Shown here: positions 20,515-31,300 of the stretch, piece after piece | How the letters are laid out: each line of letters opens with the position of its first letter | Numbering within the stretch: the stretch's first letter is position 1 | NCBI RefSeq assembly: GCF_000284455.1 | Contig: NC_017039.1 | Coordinates: 1,470,001-1,502,000 of the forward strand | Direction of reading: 5' to 3' | Length of the DNA stretch: 32,000 bases | Source of the DNA: Synechocystis sp. PCC 6803 substr. PCC-P | GTDB lineage: Bacteria; Cyanobacteriota; Cyanobacteriia; Cyanobacteriales; Microcystaceae | Notes under the pieces: model-generated | What the model saw: the letters and a program-made list of their open reading frames with translations, nothing else | What the model was told of the DNA's origin: nothing | Database searches by the model: none | Translations under genes and position numbers: made by a program

Positions 20515-20628
20515 AAACGTGTTTGGAAAGTTTTATTCCGCCCCCTAAATCCCCCAACACTGGGGGACTTTCACTCAGTTTTCCCTAAATTGAGGGGGCC
20601 AGGGGGGCTTTTAAAACAGTTTTAAAGA
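20515..20628. repeat. MITE-like repeat, copy 3, opposite orientation, between the histidine kinase and response regulator genes
   Basis: Left end aaacgtgtttggaaagttttattccgccccctaaatccccc is close to the reverse complement of the copy 1 right end (gggggcggaataaaattttccaaatacgtt). Right end ggggggcttttaaaacagttttaaag. Confidence 0.7.
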
Positions 20629-20661
20629 TGAATAGCAATAAACTAAAGAGAACGTTAAACC

Positions 20662-21753
20662 CTAGGATTCTATGGGTACGGAAAAAGCAAAAATAGCCCC
20701 TTGGGGAGAGCGGGGTTCCGCCCAGATTTTACCACCGTGGGCTTCAATAATTTGGCGGCTAAGATATAACCCCAGTCCGGCTCCCTTTGCTTGGCGATCG
20801 CCATGGCCTTGATAAAATTGCTCGAAGAGATTGGGCAATTCATAGTCGGGAATTCCCCGCCCTTCATCGACAATTTGCACCTGGAAATGATTATTTTTGG
20901 AAGTAAGGGAAATTTCCACTTTACGGCCCCGGGGGGAGTGATTAATGGCATTGGTAATGAGGTTATTAAAAACCCGTTGCAGTTGCAAAGCATCGGCCTG
21001 TAACCAATAGGCTTGGCGAAAGTCGGAGTTACCTTGACGCAGACATAAATGGATTTGGCGGGACGTGGCCAGGGGGGTGAGTTGCAGAATTACTTCCTCC
21101 GCCAGACTAGTGAGATTGACCGGTTCCTGGTGCAGATATAAACCCTCTGTGTCATTGCGGTAAACATCCATCAGGGTTTCCACCAGTTGCAGGGTCATGC
21201 GGTGGCTACGCATCATAATGGCGATCGCCCGTTGTTGGTTATGGGTAACAGCCCCAAACTGTCCTGCTTGGAAGGCATTAAGGGTTTCAATTGCCCCCAA
21301 AAGGGGAGTTTTCAGGTCATGGGTCAGGGTTGAGACAAAATCCTCCCGCACCTTAGCCAGTTGAATTTGGGTTTCCAGTTGCACCTGTTGTTTCACCATG
21401 GCCGCTTCGTATTGTTGCAGGCGATCGCTCAGCCAAGCGGTGACTAGCAGTGCCAGTACGGTGATTATCCGATTGGCCACGGTGATGGGGGTGATGGGTT
21501 CAATGCCCGGAATCCACAAATTGAGCAGGGTTAAAACCACCGCAGTACCTGTTACCCAGAGGGTTGCCCGATGCCCCAGCCGCACACTAGCCAATAGTAC
21601 TGCCCCAATGTACAGATAGCCGAGCACGTAGGGAGGGGGAGTGCTGTAATCCAAACTGATCACGATTAAAAAAAGAATTGCCAACAACCAGTGGGTACGG
21701 GTCCAAATACGCACTGTTTGGTCGGCCAATGATTGAACAGAAATGGCTTTCAA
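20662..21753 (-). CDS. Membrane-bound sensor histidine kinase (HisKA/HATPase)
   Basis: 363 aa with four hydrophobic segments near the N-terminus, H-box DFVSTLTHDLKTPLLGAIETL, N-box NNLITNAINHS, G boxes DEGRGI and GAGLGLYLSRQIIEAHGG. Confidence 0.93.
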   Translation of the reverse strand: MKAISVQSLADQTVRIWTRTHWLLAILFLIVISLDYSTPPPYVLGYLYIGAVLLASVRLGHRATLWVTGTAVVLTLLNLWIPGIEPITPITVANRIITVLALLVTAWLSDRLQQYEAAMVKQQVQLETQIQLAKVREDFVSTLTHDLKTPLLGAIETLNAFQAGQFGAVTHNQQRAIAIMMRSHRMTLQLVETLMDVYRNDTEGLYLHQEPVNLTSLAEEVILQLTPLATSRQIHLCLRQGNSDFRQAYWLQADALQLQRVFNNLITNAINHSPRGRKVEISLTSKNNHFQVQIVDEGRGIPDYELPNLFEQFYQGHGDRQAKGAGLGLYLSRQIIEAHGGKIWAEPRSPQGAIFAFSVPIES

Positions 21754-22052
21754 GGGGAAAAGTTGCAGGGGTCTTCCCGCCCATACTAAAACAAAAAAGA
21801 TAGATCTATTCGTTTAATTACTTCTATATCATTTGGTATAGGCAAAAGCTAAACAACTTTAATATAGGTAAGGAAATTGCTTAGGCATAATCTATAAATA
21901 CCTTTTAAATGCCCTTCTATACCTTGTGAAAGTTCATTTATCACAGCAAACTGATGATATGGATAAATTAGGGGCGGAATTTGATTTTTTTCCCATAGCC
22001 AGTAACCCCCACTTATCCTGTTTTGATGATGGTTTGGAGATGACAAAATTTT

Positions 22053-23729
22053 ATGTTGCAAGGTTTTGTACAAATTGCATTAATTTTAGCTATCCTTGTG
22101 GCCACGGCCCCCTTGCTTGGGCGTTATATGGCACGGGTTTTTCTTGGTCAGTCCACTTGGCTCGATAAAATTGCCCGTCCTCTAGAGTCGTTGATTTTTG
22201 CCGGTTCCGGGATTACAAAACATCCCTCCATGGGAGCAACCCAATATGTTAGTGCTGCGCTGATCAGCAATCTGGTTATGGGGGTTTTTGTCTTCCTAAT
22301 CTTGATGTTCCAGGGCAGTTTACCCCTCAATCCCACGGGTTTAGCTGCTCCGTCTTGGGATTTGGCCCTACACACTGCCATTTCCTTTGTGACCAATACC
22401 AATCAACAACACTATTCCGGAGAAACGACCTACACCTACTTTAGTCAGGCTGGAGCCCTAGGGTTTTTGATGTTCACTTCTGCGGCCACCGGCATTGCAG
22501 TGGCGATCGCCTTTATTCGGGGCCTAACCGGCCAGGCGATCGGTAATTTTTACCAGGATTTAGTGCTATCAATTACTAGAATTTTATTGCCAATTTCCCT
22601 CGTGGGAGCAATACTCCTCCTGGTGGCGGGGGTACCGGAAACCCTTGCGGGGCCAGCCCAGGTAACCACCCTGGAAGGGGCCACCCAATGGATTGCCCGG
22701 GGTCCGGTGGCCCATTTTGAAATCATCAAAGAACTAGGGGAAAATGGTGGCGGTTTTTTTGGTATAAACTCTGCCCATCCCTTCGAAAATCCCAATAATT
22801 TTGCCAACCTCTTGGAAACGGTAATTATGATGGTGATTCCCGCCGGCCTCATCATTACTTACGGCATCATGGCAGGCAACCCCGAGCAAGGGTGGTTAAT
22901 TTTTTGGATGGTGTTTATTCTTTATGGAATTCTGATTGCCATTGCCGCTGTGGGGGAATTTCAAGGTAATCCTCTGATCAATCAAATTCTGGGGGAAACC
23001 CAACCCAATTTAGAAGGTAAAGAAGTGCGCTTTGGTTGGGTATTAACGGCCCTGTGGGCTGTGTCCACAACGGGAACCATGTGTGGAGCAGTCAACGGCA
23101 TGCATGACTCCCTCATGCCCCCTGGGGGTTTTGTTACCCTATCGGACCTATTCCTGCAAATTATTTGGGGAGGCCAGGGCACGGGCACAGCCTATCTGTT
23201 TGTGTTTCTCATCCTGACGGTTTTTCTCACTGGATTGATGGTGGGAAGGACACCGGAATTTTTGGGTCGCAAAATTGAGAAACGGGAAATTGTCCTCGCT
23301 AGCTTAATTCTTCTAATCCACCCCATTGCCATTTTAATTCCCACCGCTATCACCCTCGCCTTTCCTGACACCCTAGCGGGCATTAGTAATCCGGGCTTCC
23401 ATGGCATTTCCCAGGTGGCCTACGAATATGCTTCCGCCGCCGCCAACAATGGTTCTGGCTTTGAAGGTTTGGCGGATAACACTCTTTGGTGGAATTTAAG
23501 CGCCAGTTTCTCGTTAATTGCCGGACGCTATGTACCAATTGTTGCCCTAATTTTCTTGGCAGATGGCATGGCCCGCAAACAACCCGTTCCGGAAACCAGC
23601 GGTACTCTCCACACCGATACAACCCTATTCACCGGGATTACCGCCGGAGCCATCATCATCCTCGGTGCCCTGACCTTTTTGCCCATTTTGGTACTCGGTC
23701 CAGTGGCGGAAGCTTTCAATTTGGTTTAG
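22053..23729 (+). CDS. kdpA: K+-transporting ATPase subunit A
   Basis: 558 aa with the KdpA pattern [52 protein letters not shown] and [14 protein letters not shown]. Confidence 0.97.
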   Translation: MLQGFVQIALILAILVATAPLLGRYMARVFLGQSTWLDKIARPLESLIFAGSGITKHPSMGATQYVSAALISNLVMGVFVFLILMFQGSLPLNPTGLAAPSWDLALHTAISFVTNTNQQHYSGETTYTYFSQAGALGFLMFTSAATGIAVAIAFIRGLTGQAIGNFYQDLVLSITRILLPISLVGAILLLVAGVPETLAGPAQVTTLEGATQWIARGPVAHFEIIKELGENGGGFFGINSAHPFENPNNFANLLETVIMMVIPAGLIITYGIMAGNPEQGWLIFWMVFILYGILIAIAAVGEFQGNPLINQILGETQPNLEGKEVRFGWVLTALWAVSTTGTMCGAVNGMHDSLMPPGGFVTLSDLFLQIIWGGQGTGTAYLFVFLILTVFLTGLMVGRTPEFLGRKIEKREIVLASLILLIHPIAILIPTAITLAFPDTLAGISNPGFHGISQVAYEYASAAANNGSGFEGLADNTLWWNLSASFSLIAGRYVPIVALIFLADGMARKQPVPETSGTLHTDTTLFTGITAGAIIILGALTFLPILVLGPVAEAFNLV

Positions 23730-23785
23730 CAGATCCTTGGTTGCTACCTTTTCTCTACCCTTAAATCCGATTTTTACCTAAGATT

Positions 23786-25858
23786 ATGAACTCCACTTCC
23801 ACTGTGCGACAACCGGGGGGGCCACGGCAGCAGCGGCGACACACCCCAAAAGCCAATCTTTCCGATCTCTATCAAAGGGCTTTCAAGGAAGCCTGGGTGA
23901 AGCTCAATCCCAAAATCATGGTCAAAAATCCGGTCATGTTTATGGTTTGGGTCGGCACCTTGATCACTGGGATGTTGACTCTCAATCCCAACCTATTTGG
24001 GGTTACTGGCACCTCAGCCATGTTTAACGGGTTAGTGACGGTTATTTTGTTATTTACGGTTTTATTTGCCAACTTTGCCGAAGCCGTGGCCGAGGGTAGG
24101 GGAAAGGCCCAGGCCGATGCCCTGCGTTCAACCCAGACTCAGACCTATGCCCAGCGAATTTTAGCCGATGGTTCCCTAGAAATGGTCAGCTCCACCCATC
24201 TACGGAAAGGCGATCGTATTGTCGTTTCGGTCGGCGATATTATCCCTGCCGACGGGGAAGTGTTGGAGGGGGTGGCCTCGGTGGATGAATCCGCCATTAC
24301 GGGGGAATCGGCTCCGGTACTGAAGGAACCAGGTTCCGATGTGGCCAGTTCCGTGACGGGGGGCACCCGCATCATTTCCGATGAACTGATCATCCGGGTG
24401 ACAGCAGATCCCGGTAAGGGCTTTATTGACCGCATGATTGACCTGGTGGAAGGGGCAGAACGCAGTAAAACCCCCAATGAAATTGCCCTAACGGTATTGT
24501 TGGCGGTGTTGACCTTGGTGTTCCTAATTGTGGTGGCAACTCTGCCTCCCCCGGCTAATTACATCGATAGCCCGGTGAGCATTACCCTACTTATTGCCCT
24601 CTTGGTGGCGTTGATTCCCACCACCATTGGCGGTTTGCTGAGTGCCATTGGCATTGCTGGCATGGACCGGGTAGCCCAGTTTAATGTGGTGGCCACTTCC
24701 GGGCGGGCCGTGGAGGCCTGCGGCGACATCAACACCTTGGTGTTAGATAAGACGGGCACTATCACTTTGGGGAACCGTTTAGCGGAGACCTTTCTGCCAG
24801 TGAATGGTCATTCTTTGAAAGAAGTGGCGGCGATCGCCTTGGCGGCAAGTATTTTTGACACTACCCCAGAGGGAAAATCCATTGTGCGCCTAGCGGAAAA
24901 GATGGGAGCTACTTTGGACTTCGATCGCCAGCAGGCGGAGGGGGTGGAATTTTCTGCTCGGACTCGCATGAGCGGCACCGATTTACCCGATGGCAGTGAA
25001 GTGCGGAAAGGGGCGGTGGATGCCATCCGGGGCTTTGTGCGGTCAAGGGGGGGCAAGTCTCCCACCGGCCTTGACGAAGCCTACGGAAAGGTTTCCCATC
25101 TAGGGGGCACCCCCTTAGCGGTCTGTCGTAACGATGAGATTTACGGTGTAATTTATCTTAAGGACATCATCAAACCAGGTATTCAAGAACGATTTAATCA
25201 ACTGCGACGCATGGGGGTCCGCACCGTTATGCTCACGGGGGACAATCGCATTACTGCTTCGGTAATTGCCAAGGAAGCGGGGGTTGATGACTTCATTGCC
25301 GAAGCTACTCCGGAAGACAAAATCCAGGTTATTCAACAGGAACAAGCCGCTGGTAAGTTGGTGGCCATGACCGGAGACGGTACCAACGATGCCCCGGCCC
25401 TCGCCCAGGCCAATGTGGGTTTAGCGATGAATTCCGGCACCCAAGCGGCTAAGGAAGCGGCCAATATGGTGGACCTCGATTCTGACCCCACTAAACTGAT
25501 TGACCTGGTCACCATTGGCAAACAACTTCTAATCACTAGGGGGGCATTGACCACTTTTTCCCTGGCCAACGACATTGCCAAATATTTCGCCATTATTCCT
25601 GCCATGTTCGCCGGTATTGGCATTGGTGCCCTCAACATCATGGATTTGAAGAGTCCCCAATCCGCCGTACTTTCGGCCCTGATTTACAACGCTCTGATCA
25701 TCCCTGCCCTCATTCCTCTGGCCCTACGGGGGGTGAAGTTTCGTCCTTTAAGTGCCGATCAATTACTCCAGCGCAACATTTTGGTTTATGGGCTGGGGGG
25801 CATCATTGTGCCCTTTGTGGCCATCAAGCTCATAGACCTCGGTATTTCGTTGCTTTGA
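23786..25858 (+). CDS. kdpB: K+-transporting P-type ATPase subunit B
   Basis: 690 aa with [27 protein letters not shown] and [47 protein letters not shown]. Confidence 0.98.
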   Translation: MNSTSTVRQPGGPRQQRRHTPKANLSDLYQRAFKEAWVKLNPKIMVKNPVMFMVWVGTLITGMLTLNPNLFGVTGTSAMFNGLVTVILLFTVLFANFAEAVAEGRGKAQADALRSTQTQTYAQRILADGSLEMVSSTHLRKGDRIVVSVGDIIPADGEVLEGVASVDESAITGESAPVLKEPGSDVASSVTGGTRIISDELIIRVTADPGKGFIDRMIDLVEGAERSKTPNEIALTVLLAVLTLVFLIVVATLPPPANYIDSPVSITLLIALLVALIPTTIGGLLSAIGIAGMDRVAQFNVVATSGRAVEACGDINTLVLDKTGTITLGNRLAETFLPVNGHSLKEVAAIALAASIFDTTPEGKSIVRLAEKMGATLDFDRQQAEGVEFSARTRMSGTDLPDGSEVRKGAVDAIRGFVRSRGGKSPTGLDEAYGKVSHLGGTPLAVCRNDEIYGVIYLKDIIKPGIQERFNQLRRMGVRTVMLTGDNRITASVIAKEAGVDDFIAEATPEDKIQVIQQEQAAGKLVAMTGDGTNDAPALAQANVGLAMNSGTQAAKEAANMVDLDSDPTKLIDLVTIGKQLLITRGALTTFSLANDIAKYFAIIPAMFAGIGIGALNIMDLKSPQSAVLSALIYNALIIPALIPLALRGVKFRPLSADQLLQRNILVYGLGGIIVPFVAIKLIDLGISLL

Positions 25859-25886
25859 TGTCCGATGACTGCAAGGTTTTGCCATT

Positions 25887-26144
25887 GTGCCCTTTCCCCA
25901 GAGATTTTTCCCTACTTTCTCCTTTACTCCAACTCCGATGTTTTCTACTTCTAAAACCTCCGTCATTGGCCGCATCATCTTGCTGGCGACTTTATGCAAT
26001 TTGGCGATCGCCTCCCCCATTTATGCTGCTGGTAACGGCGCCATTGACCGGGGAACGGCCTATGCCCTTGGCCTCCTAGTAATCATTGTTCTGGGATTGG
26101 CTGTTTACCTGGCCATGGTAATTATTGAGCCGGAACGTTTTTAA
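25887..26144 (+). CDS. kdpF: KdpF-like small membrane protein with an N-terminal extension
   Basis: 85 aa. The C-terminal helix ALGLLVIIVLGLAVYLAMVIIEPERF resembles KdpF (single TM ending in an LxxPE(R/K)F-type tail). It sits between kdpB and kdpC and has a signal-like segment upstream. Confidence 0.7.
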   Translation: MPFPQRFFPTFSFTPTPMFSTSKTSVIGRIILLATLCNLAIASPIYAAGNGAIDRGTAYALGLLVIIVLGLAVYLAMVIIEPERF

Positions 26145-26207
26145 GGTTACTTTTTCAAACTAGTTTGGTTAATTTTTATGCTCCATTACTAACCTGATAT
26201 TTTGCCT

Positions 26208-26324
26208 AAAAGCATCTTTCAAACGCCCCCTGCCCCCCCAAAAAAATTAGGGGGAAGTTAAGTAAAAATCCTCCATTATTGGGAAATTTAGGGGGCAAAA
26301 TAAAACCTTTCAAAAAAACTCTAA
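26208..26324. repeat. MITE-like repeat, copy 4 (divergent), between kdpF-like and kdpC
   Basis: taaaagcatctttcaaacgccccctg ... aagttaagtaaaaatcctccattattgggaaatttagggggcaaaataaaacctttcaaaaaaactctaaa. The core and right arm parallel copies 1 and 3. Confidence 0.6.
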
Positions 26325-26333
26325 AACTTTGCC

Positions 26334-26906
26334 ATGATTCGCAATTTTGTGATTAGTTTACGCAGTACTGCCCTGCTTTGGATTTTAACAGCCCTCATTT
26401 ACCCGGCGATCGTATTAGTGATTGGTCAACTGGTCTTTCCCTACCAGGCCAATGGTAGCCTGATCACTGATTCCCAGGGGCAAGTTGTGGGTTCGGCTTT
26501 GATCGGACAAACCTTCACCGAGGAGGGCTATTTTTGGAGTCGCCCCAGTGCCATTAACTACAGTGAAGGGGCAGATGCTTCCCCCACGGGCATTTCCGGT
26601 GCAAGCAACCTAGCTCCCAGTAATCCTGACCTTTTATCCCGCATTGAAGCAGAGGCCCAACGCTTAGAGGACAATGCCGTGCAACCCACTGCCGATTTGC
26701 TTTACAGCTCTGGGTCAGGGCTTGATCCCCACATTAGCCCAGCGGCGGCCCAAGCCCAGTTCGACCGGGTGGCCAAGGCCAGATCTATTCCTCCCCAGGA
26801 GTTGCAAAGCCTGATAACTAAACACACTGAGGGGCGCTTCCTTGGCATTTTTGGTGAGCCTGGGGTCAATGTCCTCACCCTCAACCTGGCCCTCGATAAC
26901 CGTTAA
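26334..26906 (+). CDS. kdpC: K+-transporting ATPase subunit C
   Basis: 190 aa with GSALIGQTFTEEGYFWSRPSA, SGASNLAPSNPDLLSRI, SGSGLDPHISPAAAQAQFDRVAKAR and VNVLTLNLALD. Confidence 0.97.
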   Translation: MIRNFVISLRSTALLWILTALIYPAIVLVIGQLVFPYQANGSLITDSQGQVVGSALIGQTFTEEGYFWSRPSAINYSEGADASPTGISGASNLAPSNPDLLSRIEAEAQRLEDNAVQPTADLLYSSGSGLDPHISPAAAQAQFDRVAKARSIPPQELQSLITKHTEGRFLGIFGEPGVNVLTLNLALDNR

Positions 26907-27137
26907 ACCCTTGCCTCTGATGTTTCAAGCAAAAATTCTTGTGGTTCACCACGGCGATCGCCTACGGGCCATGGTTAGCCAGAGTTTGCATTCAACTTCC
27001 CTTACCTATGAGCTACACCGGGTTGGGAATTGAAACCTTGATCCGACCTATCGTCCTGCCCATGAAAACTTAGACCGTTCAACGACGGACCGAGGCAGGC
27101 CCCTCTGCTTTCTGCAAATCCCCTCTGCCCCATCACC

Positions 27138-28250
27138 ATGATCCATGCCGGTCAATCCAGTTCCTTGACTCCAGCGGCGTCCCCCCCTCACCGGCGGGGT
27201 AAACACAAAATTTTCATTGGCATGGCCCCGGGGGTTGGCAAAACCTATCGCATGTTGGAGGAGGGGCAACAGCTCAAGCAGGAAGGCTTTGACGTGGTGA
27301 TTGGCCTGTTGGAAACCCACGGCCGGGAGGAAACGGCCCAAAAAGCCATTGGTCTGGAGCAAGTCCCCCTCAGAACCATGATTTGGCAAGGGCGATCGTT
27401 GCTGGAAATGGATACCGGAGCCATTCTGGCCCGATCGCCGCAGTTGGCGTTAGTGGATGAGTTGGCCCATACTAACATCCCCGGTGCGGAGCGGGAAAAA
27501 CGCTATCAAGATGTGGAACTTATTTTGGCCGCAGGCATTGACGTCTATTCCACCATCAACATTCAACATCTAGAAAGCCTCAATGATTTGGTGTATAAAA
27601 TTTCCGGGGTGGTGGTGCGGGAACGGGTGCCCGATCGCCTTTTGGATGAAGCTGACGAAGTGGTAGTGGTTGATGTTACCCCAGAAACCTTGCAAGAGCG
27701 TTTGCAGGAAGGCAAAATTTACGCCCAGGACAAAATCAACCAAGCCCTGCAAAACTTTTTCAAGCGCCAGAATTTGGTGGCCCTGAGGGAACTGGCTTTG
27801 CGGGAAGTGGCCAACAATATTGAGGAAAATAGTCGCCATGATCAACAGACTAATCACTGTGCTGTCCACGAACGGATTTTGGTGTGTATTTCCACCTACC
27901 CCAATTCCATTCAATTATTGCGACGGGGGGGGCGCATTGCCAGTCAAATGAATGGTCGTCTATTTGTCTTGTTTGTGGCTCCCACCAATCAGTTTCTCTC
28001 CAAGGTGGAGGCACTCCATGTGGAAACTTGTCAACATCTGACCCAGGAGTTTGAAGGGGAATTTATTCGCCAGGAATCCGACAACGTGGTGGGGGCCATT
28101 GCCCAGGTGGCCACAACCTATCGCATCACCCAAATTGTGTTGGGGGAAAGTCGGCGATCGCGGTGGCATTTACTGATCAAGGGTTCCATTATTCAACGGT
28201 TAATGCGCTGTTTGCCCACTGTTGATCTGCACATCATTGCCAATGGCTAA
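27138..28250 (+). CDS. kdpD: KdpD N-terminal sensor domain plus USP-like domain; no histidine kinase module
   Basis: 370 aa with KIFIGMAPGVGKTYRMLEEG, DVVIGLLETHGREET, LALVDELAHTNIPGAEREKRYQDVELIL and IDVYSTINIQHLESLND, then a USP-like HERILVCISTYPNSIQLLRRGGRIA...GESRRSRWHLLIKGSIIQRLMR. The ORF ends with no H-box or ATPase domain. Confidence 0.92.
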   Translation: MIHAGQSSSLTPAASPPHRRGKHKIFIGMAPGVGKTYRMLEEGQQLKQEGFDVVIGLLETHGREETAQKAIGLEQVPLRTMIWQGRSLLEMDTGAILARSPQLALVDELAHTNIPGAEREKRYQDVELILAAGIDVYSTINIQHLESLNDLVYKISGVVVRERVPDRLLDEADEVVVVDVTPETLQERLQEGKIYAQDKINQALQNFFKRQNLVALRELALREVANNIEENSRHDQQTNHCAVHERILVCISTYPNSIQLLRRGGRIASQMNGRLFVLFVAPTNQFLSKVEALHVETCQHLTQEFEGEFIRQESDNVVGAIAQVATTYRITQIVLGESRRSRWHLLIKGSIIQRLMRCLPTVDLHIIANG

Positions 28251-28326
28251 ATCATTTTTACCTAGGAACTGACTACCGTCACTAACATGCTCCCCCCATA
28301 AAGTTGAGACCTCCGGCTAGCAAAGG

Positions 28327-31300
28327 CTAAAACCTTTTTTGAAATTCCACTATGCCCCGGCTGTCGTCTTGGAAATTGCTAGACCCCCGGATCACAGTGC
28401 TGTCGTTAACCCGGTATTCCAAGCCCCACTGGGGTAGGCGATCAGAGTTGATGATTTTTTGCACCGACACTCCTATTTGGGGGGTAATATCAATTCCAGC
28501 TTCCGCCGCTACTCCAATTTGATTTCCCTGGAGGCGATCGCCTTCGTTCATTAAGGGAGTGGAAAAAATGCGAAATTCACTTAGTCCTAAAGCTTCCCCA
28601 ATGCGCCCCTGGACTGGGCCCAACACTGCGGACCCGGCCAAATTAGCTAGCCCCACTGTGGTTTGAGTACTATCCTGACCAAGGGTACTGAGCACACCGC
28701 CCCCTAACAACGTAATAATTTCCTGCGGCGATCGCCGGGGGGTACTGGTGAGCTGAATATTTTGGTTAATCTCACTGCCATAGCCATTAATGTGGGCTTG
28801 GATACGCACCGTTTGTAGGCTGTCTTGGTTAGCACTAAAGGGTTCTGGAATCTCGGAGGATTGGGAAGGACGATTAGCAATATTGCGGCTTGTTTCACTG
28901 ACGGAACTGAGCAAATATAAATCGAGATAGGGGTCCAAACCCCGCTGGGGCAGAAAATAAACGCTGTTATTTTGGTTATTATCCAACCTTAATTGGCTGG
29001 CAAATAGATTCACCTGGCCCCCTTTGAGCTTAATTTCCCCCTCAGGACGTAAATTTTGTGGGGTACCATTCAGGGTCACTTGGCCAGCGGCGGCAAAATC
29101 GAGAAAAGGTAAATTTTGCACCCGGATATTTTCCGCCAACACCAAGTTTAAGTTGTTGAACGTTAAGCCCCGCTGGGAAGAAGCACCGGAACCCAAGGTA
29201 GGTAGGGTTTGCCCCACGGAGATATTGCCATTGCCCAGGGCTAATTGACCTCCTATTTGGGGGGCGATCGCCGTGCCGGTAATCTGCACCAATCCCCCCA
29301 AAGCCCCTTGGTACAAATTGGGAATATCCACCGCCAAATTATTTAAGCTTAGTTGTAAACCCTGGTCCACATCGGGTAAGGCATTTTGCAGGGGTAGACT
29401 GCCCACCATCGCTAATCTCCCGCCACTAATCTGCCCAGTTAAATTGGTGACCTGGAGCGTATTTAAGTCCGCCGTAATTTGGGCATTGACCTGGGTTAAG
29501 GGCTTATCTGGTAACATCTGAGCGGCGATCGCCCCATTGTGGATGGTAATTTCCCCCAGCCCCTGGAGTTGGTACAGGGTTTGTTTATAGGGATCAAGGC
29601 AACCCAACAAAGCTAAATCCACTTCTCCCTGACCGCCTAGCCAACTTAATTGTCCACGGCTGAGTAGGTTGATCAACTTCAAACTGTCATTTTTTAACTT
29701 TAACGCTACGGAAAAATGATCACTGTTGGGGGCTTGGCTAGCAAAAGGAAAGACGTAGGGCACACTACCCTGTAATTGCAGGGGTTCCGTGAGGGAATTA
29801 ACCAGACTTTGTAACTGAAAATCTAAGCGACCAGCCTGGTAACTAAAATCCCCCTCAGTTTTTTCCAGCGCTAAAGGACCAAAGCGATTCTCTTTAATTT
29901 GCACTTTGCCCTGGAATTGAGGGTCCCGCCGGCTACCCCGGAGGCGAAAATCAGCAAATACATCCCCCTCTGGAGCAAAGTGGGCCGGGAGACGTAAAAT
30001 TTTGGCTAAGGGACCAAGGGGTAGTTGATGGAGTTGAATTTCTCCCTGTTGGCCCTGGGGTCCCAGTGACCCTGTTACCCGCAAAAATCGATCGCCACTT
30101 CGTAGTTCCAGGGGAGCAAAGCTAAGATTATCCCCCTGCCAGCGCCCCGCCAATTGCAATTGCCCCAGCCCATGGTCGCCCCACTGCCAATCTTGGCCCC
30201 AAAGGTTAAAGTTGGCCGCCAGGGGAGAGTCTTCCCGTTTCTCCACGGTAATTTTGCCCTGCAGTTGTCCCCGCAGTTGGTCTAAATCTGGTACAGGTTC
30301 ATGATTGGTCTCCGTTGGGGCCAAGCTAGCTTCACTCTGGGCCAGTTGATTAAATTGAGTGGCCAGATCATCCAAGGCATTGCCCACACTAACCAGCGGT
30401 GGCAAATTTTCTTGGTCTAAATCTTTGCCTATTTCACCGTATAAATCCTTAGCAGTACCGTAAATGGGGGGCTGAAAACCCCGGCCAAAATCTTCCCAGG
30501 TGAACAGTTGCAGAGCCGTTAAAACATCTTCAATCCGGCTTTGACGGAAACTAATTTCCCCGCCCCACTGGGGTTGATCGCCTTGGAAATTGGCTTGCCC
30601 CTGCACTAAAACTGTACTCTGGCCATGGCGCAAACGACCATTGTCCACCGTTAGTTGCCCCTGGCCGTAGCGAAAATTGCCGGTTAAATCCTGGGCGCTA
30701 AAATTACCCCAACGGGGTTGCTTGATATTAACCCTAGTGGCGATCGCCGTTTTTTGGGCCAGGTCAAGCTGAAAATGCCCCGACAATTGTCCTCCCCAAG
30801 GTTGGCTCTGGAGTTTGGCCAAGGAATCCGTTAAAGATTTGTCGCCATTGGGAACAAGGGTAAGGGCTAAGGGCAGACTATTTTGCAAAGCCTCTAGGGG
30901 TAAGGAATGGGCTGTTAAAGACCATTGGTCAGCCTGTTTTTGCCCTGCCAGTTGCCATGGTCCCCGCTTAAATAACACCGCCGTTGGTTGGTGCTTGGGG
31001 TCTAAACTGAGGCGAATTTGTTCCCCTTCTCCCTGGAGAGCCAACTGTAATCCCTGCGGATCTTTTTCCGCCTCACCCCTTAAACGGGAGGCAAATTTAA
31101 ATTCCCCTAACTGCAAATGGTTCACTGCCAATTGCCCTTGCCATAAAGGTTGCCCACCGGAGCCAGTCACATCTCCCTTGAAATCTAAATTTCCCGCCAA
31201 CGGAGCCCCTGGGGGAGTGGGAATAATTTTGGCTAGGGGTAACCCAGTAGCCTCCACCTGGAGGTCCATAGCCTTGATTGCCGCTTGGAAATCAAAACCG

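Noticed and set aside
21849-22168. Small ORFs on both strands (74 aa minus, 80 aa plus) upstream of and overlapping kdpA
   Set aside because: They overlap each other and the start of kdpA in other frames, with no family resemblance; this is more likely the kdpA promoter and leader region.
23786-25858. Several 66-110 aa minus-strand ORFs opposite kdpB, and similar antisense ORFs opposite aspS, kdpA and the TamB-like gene
   Set aside because: Shadow ORFs fully overlapped by strongly supported genes; compositions look like reverse-frame artefacts.
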